From: an uncultured Acidobacteriota bacterium
GTDB taxonomy: Bacteria; Acidobacteriota; Thermoanaerobaculia; Multivoradales; UBA5704
DNA length: 64,000 bases
Reading direction: 5' to 3'
Assembly (NCBI GenBank): GCA_963770895.1
Contig: CAVYRF010000002.1
Span: 2,624,001 to 2,688,000, forward strand
The translations under genes were made by a program, and so were the position numbers. Each line of letters starts with the position of its first letter. Position 1 is the stretch's first letter. The notes below the pieces were generated by a model. The model ran no database searches and was not told the DNA's origin. It saw only the letters and a program-made list of their open reading frames with translations. Shown piece after piece: positions 28,749 through 37,454 of the stretch.

Positions 28749-31700
28749 ATGAAAAGTCCGAGCATCCTGGTCCGTCGTTCTCGAACTCTCCAACCGCTCT
28801 CATGGCGAATGCTCGTCCTGACGCTGTCGCTCATGGCGTTGTCGGCGATTGTTTTGGCGCCGCAAGCCGCTCTCGCGCAGCACCCGCAATCTTGTATTCC
28901 CGCGGCGGGCTGCGGCTACGACTCGTGCGCTACACCTGCAATGCCGGTGCCGACCTCCAACTGGGGAACGCTCAAGCCGGTGGACACCCCCGGCCAGCGC
29001 CTGCCGGCAAGCCGCGACGTGACCGCGTTCAGCGAGTACCTGGCTGCCTACACCAACAACCCTTACTTCTATTCGATCGATATCCAAAACGGCTATGCCT
29101 TCGCGCTGATGACCTTCGGCGTTCAGATCTTCAACCTGAATACCGATCCAAACATCCAGAACGGCCCGACGGCCTATCTCAGCTATACCAGTTTCCCGTT
29201 TTGGGCGACGGGCGAAGCCAATAAGACGCCGCTGCAGGACATCGCCTTCCCCGCCGGCAACGACACGCTGGGCGTGGTGGTCGGCATGCAGGGCCCCGGC
29301 ACCGCGATCATCGACACCACCAACAAGTCCATGCCCCGCCTGCTGTATCAGAACGGCGGCAACGGCACGGATGCGACCGCGGCGTATGCGGCGCAGATCA
29401 ACGGCACCAACTACGCTTTTACGGTCAATCTTTCCGGGCCGGGCGCGGTGCACGTCTTCAACATGGACGCCGCCCGCGCCCTGTACAACTCGACCGGCCA
29501 CTATTGCGCAGAGGCGGCGGTGGGCACGTCCTGCCCCGGCGTCTACGTCGGACAGATCGGCACCGGTGGCGACGCCTATATCTCGGGCGTCGACCACTAC
29601 ATCGTGGTCAGCTCGGGGTCCAGCGTCGGCTATCAGGTCTGGGACGTATCGTCACCGGCGTCGCCGGTACACGCGGCCAGCGGTCTCAGCGATCGCGCCA
29701 TCTACGGTGTCGCCATGTGGAAGGATACCGCTGGTAATTATTACGTTGCCGGCCGGGCCGCTCCCAACTTCGCCAATCCTTCGCTCCCCTTCGAGTTGAA
29801 CATCACCAACGCCAACTGCATCAGCAACCACTGCGTCGGCACGGCGCCGACGATGCTCTCCACCTTCGTGGACACCGGCGATACGGGGACCCAGTCGTTC
29901 TTCCTCACCTTCTCGCGTCAGGGCGACGGCACGCCGTTCCTTTACATGGGCAGCGACGAGGACTGCGGCTCGCCGACGCCGCAGCGCGAATACCTGCTCA
30001 ACGTGAGCAATCCGTCGGCGCCGACGGACATCACGCCGCCGGCCACCGCGTCGGGCGGCTATTGGGGCTGGTACTACCGCGAGAACGTCGCGACCGGCTT
30101 CAACTACGTCATGCCGCGCCGGGGCAAGTTCTTCGGCAACAACTTCTACCGCGTCGCGCAGTCGATCTTCGACATTCACCAGCACGTCGGTGCCACTGCC
30201 CCGAACGCCAACTTCACCTGGAATCCGTCGCAGATCTATCCCGGCACGCCGGTCACGTTCTCCGACGAGTCGGGCGGCACGCCGACCTCGTGGAGCTGGA
30301 CGTTCTCGCCGGACGGCACCAGCGCCAATGCGACGGCGCAAAACCCGACGGCGACCTTTGCGTCGGCCGGGCCGAAGAGCGTGTCGCTGACCGCCATCAA
30401 CGGCCAGGGGCGCTCCACCGCCACCCTGCCGCTCACCGTGCTCAGCGCGCAACCGGCGATCGGCAGCATTTCGGTATCGCCGCCGTCGCCGCTGCAGTGC
30501 CAGCCGGTCACGCTGACCGGAACCGGTGTCACAGGTGAGCCACCGCTGACCTATGCGTGGGCGATCACCGAAAATACGGCCCCTGCTCCGGGCGGCACGT
30601 CGTCGGCGACCAGTTTCACCTGGGATACCGCTGCCAATGCCGCCTCTCCCGGCACCTACACGGCGCAGCTGGGGATCTCGGGCGTCGGCACTGGCAGCGC
30701 CTCGGCCTCCTTTACCCTGGGGTCGCTGCCGTCGCTGCCGCTGACGTTCACGCCGACCGCCGGAACGCCAGACAGCGGCGGCAAGGTGATCTTTGGCGCC
30801 GGCGTCGCGGGCGCCACGCAGTGGAACTGGAACTTCGGCGACGGCACCGGCTACCAGGGCTGGACCAACGACCCGGTGAACGGACCCAATCCGCCCCATA
30901 CCTACGCTGCGACCGGCAACTACACGGTGACCGTCCAGGTACGCAACTGCCTGAGCGAAGCCGTGGTGACCAGCAGCTCCATCTCGGTGAACATCACCAG
31001 CGTAACGAAGCTGACCGCCGGCTTCGCGGCGATCTGCGCCTTCGCGCCGTGCGCCTTCACCGCCGGCTCGCCGATCACCTTCACCGACAGTTCGACCGGT
31101 GCCACCACCTGGGACTACGACTGGAACGGTACCGGCACCTTCGCCGACGCCGGCCATGCGGCGCCGGTGACGCAGCACACCTATGCGACCGCGGGCAGCT
31201 ACTCACCGACGCTGCGGGTGCATAACGGCTCGCAGATCGCCACCTACACCATCAGCCCGGCGCTCGTGGTGTACGCGGGGCAGCCGGTGGGCACGCCGAC
31301 GATCTCGGTGGGCGGCGCCACCAGCGGCACGACCGGCACGGCGTACAACTTCAGCGCCGCGGGCTCCAACTGCACCCCCTCCGCCACCTGGGCTTGGAAC
31401 ATCACCGGTGGCGGCACGGTCGCCGGCAGCAGCACCAGCTCCTCGATCGTCGTGACCTGGGCGACGGCCGGCAGCTGGTCGGTCTCCGCCACCAATGCCG
31501 GTTGCGCCGGCGCTTTCGGCAGCCGTTCGATCGTCATCAGCACCTCGGGCAGCGGCACGCCTCCTCCCACCGGCGGTCTGAAGGCCGTGTTCAGCTATTC
31601 GCCGACCTCGCCCAACGCGGGTGCGACGGTCAGCTTCAACGGCTCGGCTTCGACCGGCAGCCCGCAGTCCTATGCGTGGTACTTCGGCGACAGCAATGCC

Positions 31701-33575
31701 GTCGGCGCCACCACGGCGCAGGCGACCCACGTCTACGCCGCGGCCGGCAACTACACCGTCAAGCTGGACGTGTCGGTGCCGGGCACCGGCTCGGGCTGCA
31801 TCCTGGGCACCTGCGTCAACGAAGCGACGGCGACGGTCACGGTCAACTCGGCCGGCGGCGCGCCGCCGCCCACGCCGCTTTCGGCGGACTTCACCTCCAG
31901 CGGCGGGTGCACCAACCTCGCCGGTTTCTTCACCTGCCCGGCGACCGCCAGCCAGTCCGTCACCCTGACCGCCACCGAGACGCGGGGCACCACCTACTCG
32001 TGGGGCTTCGGCGACGGCTTGTCCGCCACCGGCGCCACGGTCACCCACACCTGGCAGAACTCGGGCGATTTCGCCGTCACGCTGACGGTCAGCGCGGCGG
32101 GCTTCGCCAGCCAGGCCGAAACGCGGACGTTCCAGGTTGCCGCCGCGCCGGCGCCGACGTTCCAGACGCTGGTGCTGCCGTGGATCGCCGAAACCCGCGG
32201 CGCCCTGGTGCAGTCGAGCGACCTCTATCTGTTCAACCCCGGCACGACGGCGCTGCCGGTGACGCTGCAGTTCCTCAAGCGCGGCACGCCGCAGGTGCCG
32301 CCGCCGCAGGCCACCGTCGACATCCAGCCCGGTGCGACGCTGTATGCCCCGGACGTGCTGGAAAACATGTTCCAGCAGAACAACATCGCCGGCTTCCTGA
32401 CGGTGACGGTGCCGGCCAGCGATCCGCTGCCGATCATCACGTCCTTCAACACGGTCGTGCAGACCAACGGCAACCAGTTCGGCCAGACGGTGCCCGGGCT
32501 GCCGCTGCCGCAGGCGACGCAGACCAACAGCTCGACCGGCACGACCGATACCTTCCAGTACCTGATCGGTCTCAACAACAACGGCACGGAGCTGGCGTAC
32601 TTCGGCGTCAGCAATCCCTCGTCGTCGGTCGCCACCTACACCCTGCAGCTGCTCGACAACACCGGTACGCTGATCGGACAGTCCAACGGCGGCCTGACGC
32701 TGTCGCCGTACGGCCAGCGCCAGTTCCAGGAAGAGGACATCGAGACCCTGTTCGGCGTCACCAACGCCAGCGACTACCGGGTTTCGATCGAGAACACCAG
32801 CAGCTCGCCGCTGTTCCCGTACGGCGAAAACGTGCGCACCGGTTCGCAGGCTCCGACCTTCATCACGCCGGGCTCGACCAGTGCCGCAACGCAGTACGTG
32901 ATCGGTGCCTTCAGCACGGCCGGCGCCTGGCAGACGGACGTGGTTCTGGCCAACCCCAGCACGGCGCCGATGGCCGTGACGCTGACCTTCACCCGTACCG
33001 GTGTCACCGCACCGACCACCGCGCCGGTCAAGCTCACCCTGCAGCCGGGTGAGACGCAGCGGCTTGCCAACGCCATCGCCGGCCAGTGGAATCTGAACAA
33101 CACGGTCGGCGTCATCACCGTCACCTCCAGCGAAGCCAGCGGGCCCTATCCGCTGGTCCAGGCGGAGAGCTACAACAACGTGCCGGCTGCCAACCGGTAT
33201 GGCCAATCGATGCGGGCGTTCTCCAGCTCCGACGCGGCGTCGGTGGGCCAGAGCCAGTACCTGGTCGGCCTGCGTCAGGACAACACGTACCTCACCTCGT
33301 TCTGGATCTTCAATCCCAGCACGACCGATGCTGGCATCTATGACGTCACTTACCGCACGCTCGACGGTGCGCTGCTTGGCACGGTGTCCGACGTGGCCCT
33401 GCCTCCGGGCAAGGTGCGCGAATTCCTGCCGACCCAGCACCCGCTGCCGGCGGGTGGAGTCACCGACGGCTTCACCGTGCAGATCCAGGTGAAGAACGGT
33501 CAGGCCATCTCCGCCGCGCAGGTACTCACTGTTTCGTCCGGTGCCCCGGCGTACGTTCAGGGAGCGCCGCGTTGA
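28749..33575 (+). CDS. Large secreted PKD-domain surface protein (about 1600 aa)
   Basis: Long signal peptide; N-terminal propeller-like region; multiple PKD motifs (WNFGDG, WYFGDS, WGFGDG, HTYA..G.YTV); four C-terminal beta-rich repeats. Confidence 0.88.
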   Translation: MKSPSILVRRSRTLQPLSWRMLVLTLSLMALSAIVLAPQAALAQHPQSCIPAAGCGYDSCATPAMPVPTSNWGTLKPVDTPGQRLPASRDVTAFSEYLAAYTNNPYFYSIDIQNGYAFALMTFGVQIFNLNTDPNIQNGPTAYLSYTSFPFWATGEANKTPLQDIAFPAGNDTLGVVVGMQGPGTAIIDTTNKSMPRLLYQNGGNGTDATAAYAAQINGTNYAFTVNLSGPGAVHVFNMDAARALYNSTGHYCAEAAVGTSCPGVYVGQIGTGGDAYISGVDHYIVVSSGSSVGYQVWDVSSPASPVHAASGLSDRAIYGVAMWKDTAGNYYVAGRAAPNFANPSLPFELNITNANCISNHCVGTAPTMLSTFVDTGDTGTQSFFLTFSRQGDGTPFLYMGSDEDCGSPTPQREYLLNVSNPSAPTDITPPATASGGYWGWYYRENVATGFNYVMPRRGKFFGNNFYRVAQSIFDIHQHVGATAPNANFTWNPSQIYPGTPVTFSDESGGTPTSWSWTFSPDGTSANATAQNPTATFASAGPKSVSLTAINGQGRSTATLPLTVLSAQPAIGSISVSPPSPLQCQPVTLTGTGVTGEPPLTYAWAITENTAPAPGGTSSATSFTWDTAANAASPGTYTAQLGISGVGTGSASASFTLGSLPSLPLTFTPTAGTPDSGGKVIFGAGVAGATQWNWNFGDGTGYQGWTNDPVNGPNPPHTYAATGNYTVTVQVRNCLSEAVVTSSSISVNITSVTKLTAGFAAICAFAPCAFTAGSPITFTDSSTGATTWDYDWNGTGTFADAGHAAPVTQHTYATAGSYSPTLRVHNGSQIATYTISPALVVYAGQPVGTPTISVGGATSGTTGTAYNFSAAGSNCTPSATWAWNITGGGTVAGSSTSSSIVVTWATAGSWSVSATNAGCAGAFGSRSIVISTSGSGTPPPTGGLKAVFSYSPTSPNAGATVSFNGSASTGSPQSYAWYFGDSNAVGATTAQATHVYAAAGNYTVKLDVSVPGTGSGCILGTCVNEATATVTVNSAGGAPPPTPLSADFTSSGGCTNLAGFFTCPATASQSVTLTATETRGTTYSWGFGDGLSATGATVTHTWQNSGDFAVTLTVSAAGFASQAETRTFQVAAAPAPTFQTLVLPWIAETRGALVQSSDLYLFNPGTTALPVTLQFLKRGTPQVPPPQATVDIQPGATLYAPDVLENMFQQNNIAGFLTVTVPASDPLPIITSFNTVVQTNGNQFGQTVPGLPLPQATQTNSSTGTTDTFQYLIGLNNNGTELAYFGVSNPSSSVATYTLQLLDNTGTLIGQSNGGLTLSPYGQRQFQEEDIETLFGVTNASDYRVSIENTSSSPLFPYGENVRTGSQAPTFITPGSTSAATQYVIGAFSTAGAWQTDVVLANPSTAPMAVTLTFTRTGVTAPTTAPVKLTLQPGETQRLANAIAGQWNLNNTVGVITVTSSEASGPYPLVQAESYNNVPAANRYGQSMRAFSSSDAASVGQSQYLVGLRQDNTYLTSFWIFNPSTTDAGIYDVTYRTLDGALLGTVSDVALPPGKVREFLPTQHPLPAGGVTDGFTVQIQVKNGQAISAAQVLTVSSGAPAYVQGAPR

Positions 33576-33639
33576 AACGCGGTTCTTCCTAGCGCCGAGG
33601 GGGCCGTTCCAAGGCCTTCCAAGCGTCCGTTTTCCTCTT

Positions 33640-33677
33640 GGCCGCCGGGCAGCAGACCGGCGGCCTCTTCTTTTTTG
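33640..33677 (+). terminator. Intrinsic terminator after PKD gene
   Basis: GGCCGCCGG-N8-CCGGCGGCC-TCTTCTTTTTT. Confidence 0.85.
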
Positions 33678-33699
33678 AACGCGGTAGAATCCCCGCCGG

Positions 33700-35400
33700 A
33701 TGCAAGAGCCCACCGTCGAAGTCGAGCGCCTGAGCAAGGTGTACCGGGTCTACCGGTCGCCGTGGGACCGCCTGCGCGAGGCGCTGCTGCGGCGCCCGCG
33801 GCATCGCGCCTTCAGCGCCCTGCAGGACGTCAATTTCAGCCTGCCGGAGGGTCAGGGGCTGGCAATCCTGGGCGAGAACGGCGCTGGGAAAAGCACGCTG
33901 CTCAAGATCCTGGCCGGCATCAGCACCCCCACTTCAGGACGCCTGAGCGTGCGCGGCAAGATCGCCTCCATCCTGGAGCTGGGCTCCGGTTTCCACCCTG
34001 AGTTCACCGGCCGCCAGAACATCGTCCTCAACGCCGCCATGCTGGGCCTTGGCGAGCGCGAGCTGCAGCAGAAGCTCCCCACCATCATCGAGTGGAGCGA
34101 GCTGGGCGACTTCATCGATCAGCCGGTCAAGGTGTACTCGACGGGCATGGCGATGCGGTTGGGGTTCTCGATCGCCACCCAGGTGGAACCGGACGTCCTG
34201 ATCATCGACGAGGCGCTGTCGGTGGGCGACGGCTACTTCCAAAAAAAGTGCATGGACCGCCTGCTGCAGTTCGTCGGCGGGGGCGGCACCCTGCTGTTCT
34301 GTTCGCACGCCATGTATTACGCCTCGGCGTTCTGCCAGCAGGCCCTGTGGCTGCGCAACGGGCGCGTCGAAGCCCTGGGACCGGTGGCGGACGTCGTCCG
34401 CGACTACGAAACCTTCCTGCTGCACAAGAGCGCTCGCGGCGCGGCCGCTGGCGATGCAGCGGGCGCTGGCAATGCCGCCGGCCGCGACCAGGGCCGCGCC
34501 GGTGCCGCGGCTGGCAAGCCAAGGGCCGGCGGAGCGGGCAAGGCGCCTGGTGAAGGGGACTCCGCGGCGGCCGGAGGTGGGGGAACGGAAGCCGGTGGAG
34601 AGGCGGAGGAACCGGCGCTGGAAGCGGTCCGGCGCCCGGCGCGTCTGCTGGGGGCGCGGGTCGTGGGCGGCGTGGCCGCCTCGGGCCAGGAGGCCGGTGA
34701 GGCCGCCGTGTCTGGCGGAGCTGGCCCGGCGCCAGCGGCAGGTGGTGCGGTCGCTGCGGCTGGTGGCGCCACCACCCCGTCTGGCGGTGTGGCCACGCTG
34801 GGCCAGGACCAGCACGCGGAACCGGGACTTGCGGCTGCGGGCGATGGGCCGCCGCGCTTCGCGCCTGGCGATCGCTGGGAGCTGGAGATCGAATGGGAGG
34901 CGAGCAGCCCCGACGTCGCGTTCCATGTCGGCGTCGGGATCAATCGCAGCGACGACCTGGAAGTCTTGACGCTGGCGACCCACCTGGACGGCAGGCCACC
35001 GATGTCCGGCAGCACCCACTACCAGGTCCGCGTCGTGATGCCGCGGCTACCGCTGGTCAAGGGGGAGTTCACGCTGTACCTGTTCCTGCTCGACGAATCG
35101 GGCCTGCACATCTACGACCAGCGCATCCACCGGCGCGCCTTCACCGTGCAGGCGCCCGGCTACGCCTTCGGGCTGATCACCGCCGATCACACCTGGGTCG
35201 AACCGGCGCCAGCGCCGGGCGTGGGCGCCGGCGTTGCTGCGACCGCCGCGCCGCCCCCGACAGCCCATGGATCGATGTCTGCCGCGGCCGCCGACGCCTC
35301 GGTAGCTGCCCCGGCCGCCGCGATCGTTGCAGTCCCCGCGGGTTCCGCGGCAGCGCGGGAAAACCCGGCTGCTCCGGCCTTGACCGGGCGGCGCAGCTAG
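33700..35400 (+). CDS. wzt: ABC polysaccharide exporter ATPase with Wzt-C domain
   Basis: GENGAGKSTLL, ELGSGFHPEFTGRQN, YSTGM..RLGF, IIDEALSVGD..FQKK; C-terminal beta-sandwich. Confidence 0.94.
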   Translation: MQEPTVEVERLSKVYRVYRSPWDRLREALLRRPRHRAFSALQDVNFSLPEGQGLAILGENGAGKSTLLKILAGISTPTSGRLSVRGKIASILELGSGFHPEFTGRQNIVLNAAMLGLGERELQQKLPTIIEWSELGDFIDQPVKVYSTGMAMRLGFSIATQVEPDVLIIDEALSVGDGYFQKKCMDRLLQFVGGGGTLLFCSHAMYYASAFCQQALWLRNGRVEALGPVADVVRDYETFLLHKSARGAAAGDAAGAGNAAGRDQGRAGAAAGKPRAGGAGKAPGEGDSAAAGGGGTEAGGEAEEPALEAVRRPARLLGARVVGGVAASGQEAGEAAVSGGAGPAPAAGGAVAAAGGATTPSGGVATLGQDQHAEPGLAAAGDGPPRFAPGDRWELEIEWEASSPDVAFHVGVGINRSDDLEVLTLATHLDGRPPMSGSTHYQVRVVMPRLPLVKGEFTLYLFLLDESGLHIYDQRIHRRAFTVQAPGYAFGLITADHTWVEPAPAPGVGAGVAATAAPPPTAHGSMSAAAADASVAAPAAAIVAVPAGSAAARENPAAPALTGRRS

Positions 35401-36545
35401 TGCACGACCGCCCCGGCTTTGCCCCGCCGGCGACGCGGGCGCGCGACAGCCTGGCGGTGGTGCTGGTGCACTACCACACGCCGGAGCTGGCGGCGGAGGC
35501 GGTCGCGGCGGTGCAACGCGACCTGGCGGCGAGCGGTGGCGGGTGGGACGTGGAGTGGATCCTGGTGGACAACGGCAGCGACGCGGCGGGGCGGGCGCTG
35601 CTGGAACGGCTGCCGGTGCGGCTGCTCGATCCTGGCCGCAACGTGGGGTATGCCGGCGGGGTCAACCTGGGCGTGGCGGCTTCGCGCGCCGAGCACATCG
35701 TGCTGATGAATCCGGACGTGTTGGTGCTGCCCGGCTGCATCGCCGCGCTGGTGGAATGCTTACGGCGCGGTGCCGCGGCGGCTGGACCGCGCTTCTTCTG
35801 GGATGCCGGGCGCCGGCTGGCGCTGCCTCCCGGCGAACCGCGCAGCCGTCGCGGCGAGCTGGCGGCGTGGCTGGCGGCGACGCGCGGCGGCAGCTGGGCG
35901 GCGGCGGCGCGGCGCACCAGCCGCCGCCACTGCCGGCGGCATTGGCTGGCGCGCGAGCCGCTGGCGAGCTACGCCTTGTCGGGCAGCCTGCTGGCGGTGA
36001 CCCGCCAGGCGTGGAACCGGATCGGCGCCTTCGACGAAGGCTTTCAGCTGTATTTCGAGGAGACGGACTGGCTGCTGCGCCTGCGGCGCGCCGGGCTGCC
36101 GGCCCGCTTCGTGCCGGCGGCTCAGGCAGTGCACCTGTTCGGCCGCAGCGCCGCGCGCGAGCCGCGGGCGCAACAGTGGTTCGAGGCCTCGGCGCGGCGT
36201 TTCCGCCGGCGCCACTACGGGGCCTGGTTTGCCGCGGCGCTGGAGCGCCTGGACAGCCTGCCGCGCGAGGTGCCTGCCGTCGTGGTGCCGCCGCTGCCCG
36301 CCGCCGGCATCGACCTGGATGCCTATCCGCGGCCGTTGTGGGTGGAGGTCTCGCCGCTGGCGGCAGGATTCCCCGCCGCCGCCGAGCTGCTGGCGCCGGG
36401 TGCGGCGGCAGGACCCTGGCGGCTGCCTGCCGAAGTGCGGGAGCGTCTGGACGACGCCGTCTGGTACGTCGGGCTGAGCGACCAGCACAGGCGCGACCTC
36501 GGGCGTTTCCGCATCGACCCGGTGGCGGGCGCGGGCGGCGATTGA
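35400..36545 (+). CDS. GT2 glycosyltransferase (WbbL-like)
   Basis: LVDNGS, NVGYAGGVNLG, MNPD, FDEGFQLYFEETDW; GTG start overlapping wzt stop. Confidence 0.9.
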   Translation: MHDRPGFAPPATRARDSLAVVLVHYHTPELAAEAVAAVQRDLAASGGGWDVEWILVDNGSDAAGRALLERLPVRLLDPGRNVGYAGGVNLGVAASRAEHIVLMNPDVLVLPGCIAALVECLRRGAAAAGPRFFWDAGRRLALPPGEPRSRRGELAAWLAATRGGSWAAAARRTSRRHCRRHWLAREPLASYALSGSLLAVTRQAWNRIGAFDEGFQLYFEETDWLLRLRRAGLPARFVPAAQAVHLFGRSAAREPRAQQWFEASARRFRRRHYGAWFAAALERLDSLPREVPAVVVPPLPAAGIDLDAYPRPLWVEVSPLAAGFPAAAELLAPGAAAGPWRLPAEVRERLDDAVWYVGLSDQHRRDLGRFRIDPVAGAGGD

Positions 36546-36752
36546 AGCGCGGCCTGCCGCTGGGCAACGGGGGTTGGGGAGGCAGACGCTCGTCCTGGCC
36601 GCGGGCGCCGTGGGCGCTGCGGGCCGGCGACGGGAACCTCACCTGCTGCGTAAGCAGTGCATTGCAGATGCGCCATCCGGTGCACCATCCACGACGACGC
36701 TCGGGCGCTGCCGGGGAAGGGCCGCCAGGAGCGGGGGGATAGAATCGCCACG

Positions 36753-37454
36753 ATGAGCGTCGAGCTGTCATTGGTCATCCCCGCCTACAACGAGGCGGCG
36801 CGGGTGGCGCCGGGGTTGCGGCGTGCGCAGGAATACCTGGCGGCGCGCGGTCTGACGTACGAAGTGCTGGTGGTGGACGACGGCAGCAGCGATGCCACCG
36901 CCGAGGTGGCGGCTGCGGCGGGGGCCAGGGTGCTGCGGCATGCCCGGAACCGCGGCAAGGGGGCGGCGGTCAAGACCGGCGTGCTGGCCAGCACCGGCGC
37001 CAGCGTGCTGATCTCGGACGCCGACTTTTCGACGCCGATCGAAGAGCTCGAAAAGCTGACCGGCCGCCTGGACGACGCCGATCTGGTACTGGGGAGCAGG
37101 GCGCTGGCCGGATCGCTGATCACCGTGCACCAGCCTTTCTATCGCGAGCTGATGGGCAAGACCTTCAACCGCGTGATTCGCGCCGTGGGTGTGCGCGGCA
37201 TCCGCGACACCCAGTGCGGCTTCAAGCTGGCACGCGGCGACGTGGCGCGCTCCCTGTGCTCGCAGCTGACCGTCGACGGGTTCGCCTACGACGTCGAGCT
37301 GATCTGGCTGGCGTTGCAACGAGGCTGCCGGGTGGTCGAAGTGGGGGTCGTCTGGGCCAACTCGCCCGATTCCCGCGTCGACCCCGTCCGCTCTTCGCTG
37401 AGCATGCTCCGGGACGTGCTGCAACTCCGCTGGCGCCACCGGGGCGGCCGTTGA
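36753..37454 (+). CDS. GT2 polyprenol-phosphate glycosyltransferase (Dpm1/Alg5-like)
   Basis: VIPAYNE, VDDGSSD, NRGKG, DADFS, DTQCGFK. Confidence 0.92.
   Translation: MSVELSLVIPAYNEAARVAPGLRRAQEYLAARGLTYEVLVVDDGSSDATAEVAAAAGARVLRHARNRGKGAAVKTGVLASTGASVLISDADFSTPIEELEKLTGRLDDADLVLGSRALAGSLITVHQPFYRELMGKTFNRVIRAVGVRGIRDTQCGFKLARGDVARSLCSQLTVDGFAYDVELIWLALQRGCRVVEVGVVWANSPDSRVDPVRSSLSMLRDVLQLRWRHRGGR

Noticed and set aside
28749-33575. About two dozen N-x-S/T sequons in the PKD protein as evidence of N-glycosylation
   Set aside because: The protein is extremely Asn/Ser/Thr-rich, so this number may be chance; needs a shuffle test
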